A stretch of 63,859 nt of DNA, counting the filler, from Chrysochromulina tobinii (Eukaryota), in NCBI GenBank assembly GCA_001275005.1. It is 9 parts of 9 records of this genome, joined end to end, with 100 filler letters (N's around TTAATTAATTAA, not from the genome) between each part and the next. Parts side by side here need not be neighbours in the genome. Positions count along the whole stretch, not along the records: positions 33,597 to 48,212 come from JWZX01000006.1; 8 more parts are not named here. One strand, given 5' to 3'. The notes beneath the pieces are model-generated. The model had not been told where the DNA came from. It worked only from the letters and a program-made list of their open reading frames with translations, and searched no databases. The position numbers and the translations under genes were made by a program. Below, piece by piece: positions 33,497 to 46,091 of this stretch (position 1 is its first letter; every line of letters starts with the position of its first letter).

Positions 33497-34911
33497 NNNN
33501 NNNNNNNNNNNNNNNNNNNNNNNNNNNNNNNNNNNNNNNNTTAATTAATTAANNNNNNNNNNNNNNNNNNNNNNNNNNNNNNNNNNNNNNNNNNNNTCGG
33601 CGAAATGATCAAGGCGCGTGCGGCAGACGCGTAGCGGCCAGCAGTGCGGCCGGAGCCCCCGATAAGCTCGAGACGTGAGAGGCGGAGGCGGGCATGCGCA
33701 ACGGCCGCGGCGAAGCCGACCTGGGAGCGCAGGTCTTTTTACCGGTATCCTGAGAGACCACTTTTTCGTCCAATTTGCGGACTTCTCTCTGCAAGCTGAC
33801 TGGTCGATGGCGTCCTGTGGCGTGGTGCCTCGGACTGCAGGCTCGGAGTGGGGAAATGCAGGCTCGGAATGGGAAAGGGAGTTGGACGCTGTCCTCCAAG
33901 AGGTTGACACGAGCGCCAAACCGATCCTTTACGTCCGCGCGTCTCAGTACTGCTCGAGGCTATAACATCGTGTCCACCAGCCTTGGCCCTCACCCGACCC
34001 TCACCCTGGCACACCCATGAAACGCGCTGCGACAACCTGGCCGCTATGCTCCCTCATGAATGGATCTGCTCGCTCAGGTATCATCGAATTTGTCAGAGAC
34101 GGTTAGAGCGTGGCCAACGAGAAGCCATCCGCCCAGCCCAGCCACGTCAGAAGGTGCCGAACCTCCCGGATCGCCCTTGCCCTCACTTGGTCAGCGCACT
34201 CTTCATGACGTATGATGTGCCATATGTTCTCTCCTCACGCTTGCAGTACCTACACGAGTCTCGGCATCTGCACGCACTTCAGCGGGCGCGTGGCCATAAG
34301 GGCCGCTTCACGCAGCAGAAAGGATGCGCCGCAGAAGTTCCGACCGATGCGTCCCACATTTTGGCTGCACCCATGGTCGCAGTCGAGCCGATGCAGCAGT
34401 AGATGCCACGGCGGCGCAATGCCAACGCACTCTAGTGACTAACGCACAACAATAATACGGCTTCCAACCATGTGAGCTCACTGTGTACCGCCGAAATGCC
34501 GTGCCCGGCAGGGTCCGTCTCGCTCACTCTGCACTGCCCGACGACGTGTTAGGCTGTTACGGAACGGTCGACGAGCGCCGTCTCTACGGTTACGCGGTAG
34601 GTCTCCGCCACAGCGCACGCGCGCGGGCCGCGGGGCCGGGAGCGCGACGCGTCAGCGTCTGCAACTGCATCGTGCATCACGGGGACACGGGCTGTGTACG
34701 CGATCGTTGGGCCCATCGCGATACATTTATCGTATCGAATTTCCTTTCGACTGTTTACTCAATACACAGTGTCAAGTTGTGGTTCGACTTTCGGTTTGAC
34801 CGTGTCCCACACAAGTTTGACCGTGTCCCACACCAAAACGAGTTACAATTCTTGCGAGACGGTCTGAACTGTGTGCTCAAGCTGCTCACTCGCTCGACGC
34901 TGAGGAGCTGC

Positions 34912-36807
34912 TCACTCCACCTCACCATGCATCGACTCCACCCAGTCCACCATGCCGTGCAAACCCTCCTCGCATGCGGGGCTTTGCCCGTCGTCTTCTC
35001 GATCTCCACCAGACCCGTACCTGTCCCCGAGCGCGTCCATGCTGTCGGCCAGCGCACGTCCGTTGCTTCCCTCGGGCATCAGATGCGGGTGCGGCACGTG
35101 GACGATCAGCACGGCCCGTGGCGCCGTGCCAGTCGCATTCGACACCCTCACCTCGTGCTCGAAACTATCATCAAACGCAATCACGCGCCCCTTCTGCCAG
35201 CTACGCTTCGATTTGGCCACGCGTATCTCGGAGCTCTCCAGGCTGCCCTCAAGACCAAGGGACAGGACGAGGCGCTGGTTGGTCGGCCCCGTGTGCGCGC
35301 GCACGAGCATCCCTGGCCCGAGGATCGACAGAGCTGCCTTACCAAAGTATCGATTGGTCCCGTGCTCCCCCGGCAGCGGCGCTGTCGCGGGGTCCCTCGG
35401 CGGCTCGGACAGGTCCCACCACCACGGAGATGCATGCGGCGGGGCGGGAGGGCCGAGATAAGGGCCGAGATGGCTGGTCAGATTGCGACGACCGAAATAC
35501 CATCGCATCGCCCGTAGGACTGCTGTGCACGTCCGGCGCATCGACTGCGGATGGACCCCATCAGAAGCCGCTCGACAGCCGAGGTGACGTTGCATCCACT
35601 CATGGCGCCGCTCCACGATCCCCTCCTCGTTCGAGTACCACTCCGCCGCCTCCGCCGCCTCGGCCGCCGCCTCACTCGCCCCCTCACTCGCCTCTTCACT
35701 TGCCTCGCCCTCCTCGCCCTCCCCTTCCTTATCCCCCTCCCCATCCCTCGTGGCTGGTGACCCGAGCACCGCGATCGTCTTCGCCTCGGTCCCGGCTTCG
35801 TGCCGTCGCGAAGTCTCCTTGGTGGTGCGCCCACGGGTCGCCCGCCTCAGCGCGCGCATCATCTCATCTCGGATCTCCTCGGACGCCGTCTCAAGCTCGC
35901 TCACAAGGGGCCCATAAAAGGACGAGCGGTGCAGGGCGCAGGAGAGTAGCCTCGCCGGCCAGATGCGGCGCGCGGGCCGCTGCTCGAGATGTGGCCACAG
36001 GTCGAGCGCTACCCCCGCCGCCTGCACCCTCAATGCCTTCCTTCTCTCATTCAGCCCGAGCATGGTCTTGTCGAGCCCGTGGAGCAGCGAAAGGGCCAGT
36101 GAGCGCTGCTTGGGCTCGTACCAAGGCCGCTGCCTGGTGACGCCGTCGATGAAAGCGGTCTCTCGCAGTGCCCTCGAGACGTCAAACCCTCGTGCCAGCA
36201 CCCCTTGCCAGATCCACTCCGAACGCGCCCTCCCGACCCAAGGGCCTATGAGCAGCTGAGTTGCGCGCCCGTAAGCTATCTCGGCCTCGCGCAGCTGCCC
36301 CACGTGAAAGAGTAGGCTGCCGCGCGCCCCCTGCACGGAAGGCGAGTACTTTGCCTCGTCGTACCGCAGCGTGAGGTCGGTGCACTCATCCAAAGCGCGC
36401 ATGCGCAGGGCGCGCACGAGGTCCGAGCGCCCGTCGTGGCGGCTTCTGTTGCGCACGCGGTGCTCAATGTCACGCATCAGAGACTCGATCCGCTCGTAGC
36501 GCAGCGAGCGGTCCGAAGGATTGACTTGAGCAGCATGCGCCAGCACAGCAACACGGGTGGCCGCCATTGAGCCTCCGTACGAGGCCAAATGGCTGGACAG
36601 GTCCCGATACGCCCGGCTCTCTGTCGGTGCGATGTGCACCGCGTGTAGCAGTGCATGCGCAGCTTCAGGGAGGTCAAATTGTGTGGGGAACGCTGGAAGA
36701 TATTTGCTCGTATCCTCTATCTGCGGCATGACCTCCAAGCTCACGAGCTTCGGCCACAAGCGGAGCAGCTCTGCTGAGCAGGACTGTGCCAAGGGCTCTT
36801 CATGCAT
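34912..36807 (-). CDS. TPR + aspartyl/asparaginyl beta-hydroxylase (ASPH-like) protein
   Basis: SILGPG...AHTGPTN.RL...WQKG...FDDSFEHEV...RAVLIV..PHP; TPR-like N-terminal half. Confidence 0.85.
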   Translation of the reverse strand: MHEEPLAQSCSAELLRLWPKLVSLEVMPQIEDTSKYLPAFPTQFDLPEAAHALLHAVHIAPTESRAYRDLSSHLASYGGSMAATRVAVLAHAAQVNPSDRSLRYERIESLMRDIEHRVRNRSRHDGRSDLVRALRMRALDECTDLTLRYDEAKYSPSVQGARGSLLFHVGQLREAEIAYGRATQLLIGPWVGRARSEWIWQGVLARGFDVSRALRETAFIDGVTRQRPWYEPKQRSLALSLLHGLDKTMLGLNERRKALRVQAAGVALDLWPHLEQRPARRIWPARLLSCALHRSSFYGPLVSELETASEEIRDEMMRALRRATRGRTTKETSRRHEAGTEAKTIAVLGSPATRDGEGDKEGEGEEGEASEEASEGASEAAAEAAEAAEWYSNEEGIVERRHEWMQRHLGCRAASDGVHPQSMRRTCTAVLRAMRWYFGRRNLTSHLGPYLGPPAPPHASPWWWDLSEPPRDPATAPLPGEHGTNRYFGKAALSILGPGMLVRAHTGPTNQRLVLSLGLEGSLESSEIRVAKSKRSWQKGRVIAFDDSFEHEVRVSNATGTAPRAVLIVHVPHPHLMPEGSNGRALADSMDALGDRYGSGGDREDDGQSPACEEGLHGMVDWVESMHGEVE

Positions 36808-36968
36808 CCCGGTCGATGATTATATGAAGCGACGTTTGGCTGCATGCAATTCTCGCACACACAGTCGGTATAGGTTCTGATAAGTATGCTGCCCGGTGGT
36901 GGTGTTGAAAAGTATCCGGAGCCGCTCGCAATGTGTCGAAGCGCCGTCGCGGCGAAACTTCTCGGGAC

Positions 36969-38156
36969 ATGCAAGAGCCCTTGCGCGAGATGACCGTCGT
37001 CCTGCTCGGCGACAGCTGCATTGGGAAGTCAGCCTTCTTCGATCGTGTCGTGCATGAAACGGACACGCACCAGAGTACTGATGCGTACTCCCCGGGGGCT
37101 TACGGTCTCCCGCACATGTGCAATAATCTTGGTAGCACAGTGGTGGATCACGACGGGCATCGTGTCAAGCTGAACCTGGTGGATATTGGCGCTGCCATCA
37201 AAACCCGACACATCAATGTGCCAGCTGCAATGCACATGGCACAGATGAACTGGCTCGGCACACCCAGCAGTGCCGGACCCGTGATATTTATTGCTGGCTT
37301 TGATTCGACCTGTAAGGACACCTTCGCACGCCTCGAGAAGGATTGGCTGTGCCACATTCCTGCCACGGCGGGTTCAGCAGTCCACACCGTCCTCGTTGCC
37401 TACAAAAGTGACTCCCCGACGCGCCGGGTCGAGTTGGCGGAAATGTGGTCATTGGCCGATTCACATCCGTTGCTCGAAGACAAGCCCGTGTTTGAAGTGG
37501 ACTCTTTCACCGGTCGTGGTGTCGACGAGTTGTGTATTCACATCGCATCGATGTGGGACAACTGCCGGCTCGAGCGCGCCACGCGCTTCGACAGTGCAGG
37601 GCGCGAGTTGATGCAGGCGGCCAGCCGCGCAAGGGACAAGCTCCGGCAGATTGCTGATGCGAATGGATGGAGCTCTGTCGACGCGAGCAACTCGGCTGAG
37701 GGGGCGGATGTGGCGACTAACTCTCTTGGCCACCTCAGTCTCGGGCCGATTGCAGCCGCGGGCTTGAAGACGACGTGTCAGGCTGCGGCAACCGTTGTCG
37801 GTGCCGTCGCTCTCCCAGCAGTGGCAGGCGGTGTCATGCTCGCAGGCGTCGTTCGGGGAGTCGGAGCCAGCCTCGCCGACAAAGATGTGGACGAGTACGA
37901 GTTTGGAGACGCCTCCAGGCGCGCCCTCGGCGCGCTGGCAGGCAAGCCTGCCGACGAGTACCAGTTTGGGGATGCCTCCAGGCGCGCCCTCGGCGCGCTG
38001 GCAGGCAAGCCTGCCGACGAGTACCAGTTTGGAGATGTCTCCAGGCGCATGTTCGCGGCATTTACTGGCACGAGGCCGAGCCGCCCGCCGCCGTCGCCGC
38101 CGCCGCCACCAGTACTGAGTCCACTCAACTCAACTCCACCGCGTGGCGCACCGCGA

Positions 38157-38192
<36 letters not shown>

Positions 38193-38243
38193 AGAACGTC
38201 GCCGCCACCGACGCCGACGCCGGCGTTCGTCCCCGTCGACTAG
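36969..38243 (+). CDS. Atypical Ras/Rab-like small GTPase with C-terminal YQFGD repeats and Pro-rich tail
   Basis: VVLLGDSCIGKS P-loop, LVDIGA (degenerate G3), AYKSD (degenerate G4); three EY(E/Q)FGD units with 63-nt spacing. Confidence 0.7.
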
Positions 38244-38511
38244 GCTCCGCTCTCCAAAGGAGCCCGGGAAGGTTCTTCTTAATGGACTGTGACCACACGC
38301 TCCAGTCCGGTCCACCGGTGGGAGCATAGCCGGCGCCATAGACAGCGCACTGGCTCGACCCAGGAGCATGGCTCGAGTTTACGTGTTGGAGCGGAGTGTC
38401 ACGTGTTGGTGCGACTCGCGCGCTGTGCGGTGCAGTACTTGAACCGTAGCTGTACGGACGTGCAGTTGTATGAGTACGTGTGTAACGGACGTATCCCTTT
38501 AGCTTGTTCCG

Positions 38512-39588
38512 TTACAGTCTCTCTCTCCCTGTCGCCTCGCACCGCGTCACGCGGTCCGTCGCACGCACGACACGCCCATCATCAAGGAGTCTCAGATCAG
38601 GGTGGTGGCGCTCAAACACGGCCGGATGCGAGCGCGCGAGGCTCTTGAATGCGTTCGCGCCGTATTGAGCGAGGAGGGCATTCTGAGGTCGTCGCCACTG
38701 GGTCTGTTGATCATAATCCGGCTCTCGCTCCCACGGCAAGTGACTAGGAAGCTCGAGCGGCTCAACGACCGCCTCAAGTGCAGGGTTGTAAAAGAAGGGG
38801 ATCGAGAGGCGCGGCTTCGGCGTTGAGCGCACACGATGCGGCGTCGCAAGCAAGTAGCCGCCGCTCATCATCTGACACACCTCGCCGAGGTTGCACACGA
38901 GGACGTCGGCTCCCAGGGGCACAACTTCTATCCACTCACCCTGCGTGAATGCCTCAAGGCCGCCCGAGTCGTCTTGGAGCAGCAGGGTGAGGAATCCGCT
39001 GTCCGTGTGTGCACCCACGCCCATACCGGGCTCGCCAGACGGGTCCGACGCCACGGCCTTGTAGGAGGCTAGCTTCAGTTGCCAGTGTGGGGCGGGCTCG
39101 AAGAGTGGCTGTATGGCCTCGCGCTCCAACCCCATGGCGATGCATACAGCGTGAGTGAGCTCTGTCGAGACGCCCATCATGCACCCTGAGAACTCTTGGA
39201 TGGCCTCCTTGAGCTGTGGCTGCACGTCTGGCCACTGGTTTGGGCCACGCAGTCTTTCGTACGGCGGCCACGCGTGAGCGGCGGCCGGCAATCCCTCTGC
39301 GGCGATCTCGACCTGCTCTCTCAGATCAGGCTTCCCAGCGGTATTCTCCACACCATTGGCCATGTAGCCACGAAACGCCGAACTGCTGCCGTACCCGATG
39401 CGCTGCTTCTCCTCCACTGGCCTCGCAAAGAAGAGCCGCGCCTCATTCATCGCACGCTCCGCCACATGGTCAGGAATCCTGTGACGCAGCTGAAAGAAGC
39501 CAAAGCGATGGCACGCGATACGAAGCTCCTCGGCAAAGGCAGCCGGCGACTCATGCCACCGCCTCATGTCGAGCAGAGGGAGGCGCAT
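38512..39588 (-). CDS. 2OG-Fe(II) oxygenase, isopenicillin N synthase-like family
   Basis: ACHRFGFFQL, GPNQWP, HTDSGFLTLLLQD, NLGE, TPHRV, RLSIPFF. Confidence 0.92.
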   Translation of the reverse strand: MRLPLLDMRRWHESPAAFAEELRIACHRFGFFQLRHRIPDHVAERAMNEARLFFARPVEEKQRIGYGSSSAFRGYMANGVENTAGKPDLREQVEIAAEGLPAAAHAWPPYERLRGPNQWPDVQPQLKEAIQEFSGCMMGVSTELTHAVCIAMGLEREAIQPLFEPAPHWQLKLASYKAVASDPSGEPGMGVGAHTDSGFLTLLLQDDSGGLEAFTQGEWIEVVPLGADVLVCNLGEVCQMMSGGYLLATPHRVRSTPKPRLSIPFFYNPALEAVVEPLELPSHLPWEREPDYDQQTQWRRPQNALLAQYGANAFKSLARSHPAVFERHHPDLRLLDDGRVVRATDRVTRCEATGRERL

Positions 39589-39899
39589 CGCGATCAACGC
39601 GCGCCCAGGTGTGAATGTCTATCGAGGAATGGTTCGCCCCGCGGGGCAGTCTTGTATACCGTCTGAAGCGATCGAGCGAACGAGTTGCGAAACTGCTGCG
39701 CAAAGAGAAAGACCAAAGTCGCCGCTCGAAAACGAAATAATAGTACGCCGCTTTTACGTAGGGTTACTAGACGGTCACTGACACTGTAAAAACCGGGGCG
39801 GTCCGCACATATTCACAAGAGTCACATTGGCGAACAACAAACACAAACGTAAACACACAGCTGGCAAGTGTGGTGCGAGGTTGCCTGGTCAACGCGCAC

Positions 39900-40454
39900 T
39901 TAGTAACGTGCTTCTCGCGCCCCGCGCTCGCGTCGATGGAGTGCCTTGACGAGGGCGCGGCGCTGCTCAACCGCCGCCATCTCGTCGGCCTCCAACGCAT
40001 CGATCTCCGCACGTAGGGAGCGCACAGCATCGTCGAGCCGCCGTTCTTCCTCGCGCAGGCGTCGCACCATGGTCCCCGGATCGCCACCGACTCCGGCCAC
40101 CGCGCGCCGCTCACGGCGCATCGTACGCAGGTCGTCATAGTAATCATCGACGCCCTGCTCCACCGCGAGTGCGAGCTTCTGGCTGTCGTGGCTCTGCAAA
40201 GATGCCTGCAGCTTCTGCGTCTCCTCCTGCAGCAGCTGACTGGTTCTTCGGACGCGCGCCTCGAGCTGCTGCTCGGTGTGCCGCGCTGCGCTCGCTGTGC
40301 TGCTGCTGCCCCTCGCCGCTGCCATCACCTCTGCCTCCATTAGTGCTGCCTGCACAAGCGCGGCCTCTTCGGCCTCGACCGCGGCGGCGAGCCGGCGTAC
40401 GCGCGCCGTCGAGAGCTTGAGCGCCACCACGATCGCTTCCGGATCAGCTTCCAT
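39900..40454 (-). CDS. Hypothetical coiled-coil protein
   Basis: ATG MEADPE, Glu/Arg/Ala heptads; begins about 100 nt after the kinesin stop. Confidence 0.5.
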   Translation of the reverse strand: MEADPEAIVVALKLSTARVRRLAAAVEAEEAALVQAALMEAEVMAAARGSSSTASAARHTEQQLEARVRRTSQLLQEETQKLQASLQSHDSQKLALAVEQGVDDYYDDLRTMRRERRAVAGVGGDPGTMVRRLREEERRLDDAVRSLRAEIDALEADEMAAVEQRRALVKALHRRERGAREARY

Positions 40455-40550
40455 GTGCGGGAACGCGCGTTTAGCGTAGTGGCGCGAAATGGGAGGTGTG
40501 AAGCAAGGAAGTGTGATGAATGTGAATGCATCCACAAAACCATCCACCAC

Positions 40551-43500
40551 TCAAATCGGCAGGAACGCCAAAGGACGATGGCCGCTCTCGGACGACGAAG
40601 GCCTCTTCATCGCGAGCGCTCGCGCGACCAAGGCTGCGACCGGCCCAGGCGACTTTGGCTTCTCCTTTGCTGCGGGACTCGCATTGGTATTGAGGGCGCC
40701 CAGCATTCGCCTCGGCTGCCCGGGCGTAGGTCGGGACGCCCCAGACTGCAGGTGCGGCTCAAGGTGCTTCGACGGAGTGCTCCGCTCAGGGCTCCTGCCT
40801 CCCTCAATCATTTCGGGCTCGCCTGATGCGCCCCATCGAATCTCCTCCGAATGAGATCGAATCTCCTCCGAATGAGATCGAATCTCCTCCGAATGGGCAC
40901 TGAGATCGATGGCGCTGCTGCCTGCAGAGTGCTCGTGTGCTCCACGCGCCTGGAGAGCAGTCTCGGTCCTCCCCAGCTTCTCCTGCATGCAATGCAATGA
41001 GACACACTCAGTGGATCTCGAGACGCACTTGCATGCAATGCAATCAGACGCACTCAGTGGATCTCGAGAGGCACTTGTACGCAATGCAATCAGAGGGTTT
41101 TCGAGAGGCACCTGCATCCTCGCCAGCTCATCGGCTGCCATGCGCAAATTCTCCTGTAGCCTCGCCACCTCGGCTGCATGCACCTGGGCAGCCCGGCTCG
41201 CCTCCGTCGCCAGCGTCGCGCTCACGTCGTCATTATGTAGCACGCATGCCCGCAGTGCCGCCGCCTCCTCCCTCAGCACCCCCAGCGCGCCTGCATGCTC
41301 CTCCCTAATTCTGCCGAGCGCTTTCGTATGCTCGTCGCGCAGCGCCCCAATTGCCCTCGTATGCTCTGCCTCCGCCACCTTCTGTGCCAGCCGCAGTGAC
41401 GCGAGCTCATTCAGCAAGGTCGACTCACCCGTCGCGTCCTCGAGCCGTCCTTTTTCTTGCTTCACGAGCTCGAGCTGCGCCTCGGCCGCCGCCCGAGTGA
41501 GCTTCGTCAATTGGAGCCGGAGCGAGCTCACCTCCGCCTTCGCCTTGTCAAGAGTGGCCGCCTCCGCCTCCACCGTCTCCCCGAGGCTCAAAAAGAGCTC
41601 CTCCTCGAGCTCCGCCGCCTTCGCCTCGCTCGAGCGCGCCCTCTTCTCAAGCTCCGCCACCTTGGCCTCGCTGACCCGTGCCTGCGCCTGCGCCCGCGCC
41701 TCGACCTCTGCCACCCGCGCGATCGCTGCCTCCACCTCCGCTGCCTTAGTCTCAAGTACCGCCTGCATCTCCGCCTGCATCTCCGCCCTCTTTGCCGCCA
41801 GCGCCGCCTCGTGCACGGCGCGCGCCTCCGCCTTCGCCGCGGCCAGCTTCTCACCCGCCTCCTTCATCACCGTCCGCACGGCAAAAACTGCCTCCTCCAT
41901 CGCCGCTGCCGCCTCAGCCTTGTCGAGTGCCCGAGCTCGCTGTTCCACAGCAAGCGCCTCCGCCAGCTTCTCTGCAGCCCTCGCGCGCTCCTCCGCCCGT
42001 ATCGCACCCTCTTTCTCCTGCTCCCTCACCTCATTCCTTCGCCGCTCCTCCGCGAGCACCTTCGCTACCGCCGTCTCGATCGCCGCCTCGCGGTCGTGGG
42101 CCGCTCGCTCCGCTGCCACCTCCTCCGCCCTTGTATGCTCAGCGTCGGCGAACTCAAGCGCCGCGGCAACGTCCGCCGCATGTGCTTCGGCTGTCTGCAG
42201 GGCGTCCGCCTTCGCCTTCGCCTCGACTTGCGCCGCCTTGTGCGCCGCGGCGGCCTCCATTTCCACAAGCGTGGCGGCGCGTGCGGCGCGTGCGGCCGCC
42301 GCCGCAGAGGTCGCGACCACTTCTTCTCGCAACGCCTTCGCCACCGCTCGCTCTGCCGCGACGGCCTCCTCCAATGCCGCTGCCGACCTCGCGGCCGCCG
42401 CAGTCAGGGCCGTTGCCAGCGTCGCCTCGTGTGCAGCACGTGCCTCCGCCAGCGCTGCCGCTAGCTGCTCGGCCGCCTCCGCCGCCATCTCCACCCGTAC
42501 GGCTTTGACCGCCTCCGCTAGCTGCTCGGCCGCCGCCTCTGCTGCTTTGCGCGCCACCTCTGCTGCCTGCGCCTCCCTCGCCTCCGTCTCTGCCTGTTTG
42601 ACCGCCTCCGCTGCCGCCCAGGCAGTCTCCTCCGCCTGCACCGCGCGCGTGCTCAGAGCATCGATTTGCTCCGCCATCAGCGTTCGGAACAGAGACGCTC
42701 GGCGCTCGTGATGTGCGCCCTCCTCCCTCACCGCCGCCTGCACCGCCGCCTGCACCGCCACCTCCACCCGCGCAGCCGCGCTCGCAAGCTCCCTCGCCAT
42801 TTCCTGCGCGTGCTCAGCGTCGGCATCCGCCAGCGCCGCTCGCAGCGCCGCACAGTCCACCGACGCTCGCGCGTCGAGGTCGACGAGCGCCTCGTGCAGG
42901 CAATCGTCTGGGGTCGTGAAGAGCCGATGAGGTGCGTCCGTACAAAGAAGCTGCGAGTCCCAGTGCGGCTTCAGGGGCGGCACTGCCGATCGCGGACTTG
43001 GCGGAGGGCCGATGGTGCTCACCGCCTCACCGAGCGCCGCCCCGAGCGCTTCTTGCGCACCCCGATCCACCGGCCGGTCTGGCTGCTGCAACGTTTGGTT
43101 GTGCACCCTCTGGGCCCGGGCCGCGAACAGAAGTGTGCTCAGGGTCTCGGCCTTGCATGCGGCGAGCGGGCTCACGTTTGCGACCAGCCACGTGCGAGCA
43201 CTCCCCCCCAGAGAGTCTCTCAGTAGCTGCGTGAGTTTCGAGTCGCGGTAAGGTACGTGTGGCCGCCCCGCATTGAGTGCCTGGATCATTCCCGAACGCG
43301 TTCAGAGTCAGACAGAGTCAATCGTACGCAAGTCGAGGCAATTCGAGAGGCAATCATCACGGTGCCACACCCCTCTCGCCAGATCACCTACCTGGATCAC
43401 TCCTGACAGTGCCGAGAGGCTTCGGTTGATGGAACAAGCCTCATCCAGCAGCAAGCTCTCATCCTCGGCGCAGGCCGGCATACCCAACTCCGAGCTCGAC

Positions 43501-44363
43501 TGTGAGACGCGGGCCTGCCGCTCCGAGCCGGCGAGATCCACGAGATTGAGCTGAGAGGTTCGTACCTGCAACACGAGATCAACGAGATTGAGCTGAGAGG
43601 TTCGTACCTGCAACCCGAGATCCACGAGATTGAGCTGAGAGGCACGTACCTGTAACCCGTCGCTCGCACGCGTGACGCGCTGCAGCCGCAAGATGAAGAC
43701 TGCATGCGAGCGCGAGGAGTGGTCGTTCAGCAGAGTGGACGCAACGGTTCGGCGTCGCGTCCCGAGCGCGAGCGTGCGCAGCGCCTCGGCCGCAGAGCGC
43801 AGCTGCACTTGCTTCAGGCCATCGACAAAGGTCCCGCGAGCATCAGGAGCCTCACGCAGGCGCAGTGACGCTGACGCGGGCGCGAGAAGGTCGGTGATTT
43901 GATCGTTGTGGATCTGCAGGAAGCTGCAGCTGCAGTAAAAGGTAGCACCGGCGTCCGCCGTCGAGGCCTCGGCATCAAACTCGGCTTGCTGCCGACGCGC
44001 GAGCTCGCCAAGGGCCTCCTCGAGCAGCCGTGGCAGCAAGCCACGGTCGTCCTGCTTGCCGCCCGTCATGGTGTACGTCTTTCCTGAGCCCGATTGGCCG
44101 TAGCACAAGATGGTCCCGTTGTAGCCGCCCAGGAAGGCATCGAGCGTCGGACGTCCCACCACGTCGAAGACACGCGCTTGCGAGGTGCCCTCGTCGCCGG
44201 CTTGATCAAAAACAAAGGAGCGATTGTCGAGCACGACCTCGGACCGACTATCAGTGGCACCGTCGGCTGAGGAACGAACCGAGATCGTTCGCGTACGCTC
44301 GCGAGCCCCTTTGTGGCTGCGCACCCGAACGAAGACGGACACCGGTTGGAAGGGGGCGGTCAT
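40551..44363 (-). CDS. Kinesin motor protein (kinesin-12/KIF15-like) with coiled-coil stalk; introns 43566-43649, 43281-43391, 40983-41111
   Basis: GQSGSGKT, SSRSH, LVDLAGSER, HVPYRDSKLT, ETLSTL. GT-AG intron 43281-43391 joins the two ORFs. Confidence 0.9.
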
Positions 44364-44572
44364 CAATGAACACTTTCAAATCGCTCGCCGTGTGCCCTTC
44401 ACACTCGCCTTTGTACAAGTAGGAACATGATTGGTACGTGTCGAGCGTCTGAGCCCCTTGGGGAGGCCTGGTGAGACTTCTTTCAAGCCTTGATTGTCTT
44501 CGTCATTGTAGAATCCTTATCCGTGATCGATCTCTTCGGGGCTCACATATCGCGGCGAGGGGAACGACAGCG

Positions 44573-45235
44573 ATGGCCGCACCACCATTCCACGTGACGG
44601 ACGACTTTGCGTGGAATCTGGAGCACTTTGTTATCCCCGAACACTACGCTCCGGATCTTGCCTCGGTGATGATCTCCCATGGCCTCATCCAGGATCGCAT
44701 CGACCGGCTAGCAAACGACATCTGCAAGGCGTACGACTTCCATGGCTCCGGAGCCAGGCTGCACATGCTGTGCGTGCTCAAGGGCGGCCATCAATTCTTC
44801 TCCGATTTGTGCAACGCCCTCAAGAAGCTCACGCTGGTCGGTGTGAAAGAGCCGCCGCTCACGTTTGACTTCATCAGAGTGAAATCGTATCACAACACGG
44901 AGAGCTCGGGCGATATCACGATCGAGACGGTCGGCATCGACCTGCCGTCGCTCAAAGGGCGGAACATCCTCCTGGTGGAGGACATCATCGACACCGGCGC
45001 AACCATGTCGAAGCTCGTACCCTACCTGCAAAGCTACGAGCCCACCTCGGTGCGCGTGGCGACGCTCCTCAAGAAGCGCACGCCCAAATCGAACGGCTTC
45101 GAGGCGGACTTCACGGGCTTCAGCATCCCCGACAAGTTTGTCGTCGGCTACTGCCTCGACTACAATGAGGTCTACCGGGACATGGAGCACATCTGCATCA
45201 TGAACGAATCCGGCATAAAGCGCCATGCTAAGTGA
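44573..45235 (+). CDS. HPRT: Hypoxanthine-guanine phosphoribosyltransferase
   Basis: LCVLKGG, DFIRVKSY, LVEDIIDTG (PRPP-binding), FVVGYCLDYNE. Confidence 0.96.
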   Translation: MAAPPFHVTDDFAWNLEHFVIPEHYAPDLASVMISHGLIQDRIDRLANDICKAYDFHGSGARLHMLCVLKGGHQFFSDLCNALKKLTLVGVKEPPLTFDFIRVKSYHNTESSGDITIETVGIDLPSLKGRNILLVEDIIDTGATMSKLVPYLQSYEPTSVRVATLLKKRTPKSNGFEADFTGFSIPDKFVVGYCLDYNEVYRDMEHICIMNESGIKRHAK

Positions 45236-46091
45236 GCTTATTATTTACGTGTTTCTGAGACACTGATGGGATTCTTGGGATAGTTGGTTAGTTACACGTG
45301 TGGCCGCCAAGCCTGCAGTGGCCGGCCTATGAGGTGTGCTATTCCCACCGCAGCCCCCCGACGCGCCAGGGTCCGAGCTCAGCGCGGTCGCGGGACGCGC
45401 ACCTCTTATTTCGTAACGTGCGATGCCGAGGAGGATGACCGCGTCGTGTTGGTTATCGTCGGTTTTGGTTGCAGGTTTTGGTTTTCCCTTTTCCGTTTAC
45501 CATTTCGTTTAACCATACTCGATACCGCATACGGTATCCGGAGAAATAACATCGAAAATTCGACATAAAATTGGCTGGAAATTCTTTGATTAAATGACAT
45601 AAAAATGATGATTAAACAAGGTTTAGAAGGTCAAGGTGCGTACACACACCGTGGTTCACACTCACACCGTGATTCACACCCATTAGCCGGCCTCGACCGC
45701 CGCCGAGCGACAGCGGACGCCCCGCAGGTGGTCGCAAAGTCCGCGGTCCTCCGTTCACATATGACTCGAACAGAAGAGAAGGAATACGCTATTCTCGATC
45801 CCGCCCACCTTCGCCCACCCGGGTATCGACCTCTGCAATAAGGTATAAGGCAGCGCGATCCCCCTCTACAGCCTCTGTGAGCTCTAGCCCTAGTGAGTAG
45901 TGAATTGCCCCGCCATGTTCCAATGCTCCACCATTGATAAGAGCTGTAAGAGGCTCGGTAAGAGGCCACCCTCTGCCCCCAGTGCGCTTCAACAGGGTGG
46001 ACCTGCTTCGTCCCAACGCTCACCCTCCCCGCCCTAACATGCCCCACCACCCGCGGCCCCCAGCGCGCTTCACCAGGGTTGACCTGTCACG

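Noticed and set aside
33597..34440. Gene at the start of the sixth contig
   Set aside because: Only short, stop-interrupted ORFs with no recognisable motif.
42890..43030. A further in-frame kinesin intron
   Set aside because: The composition is suggestive, but several donor/acceptor pairs fit and none can be chosen from sequence alone.
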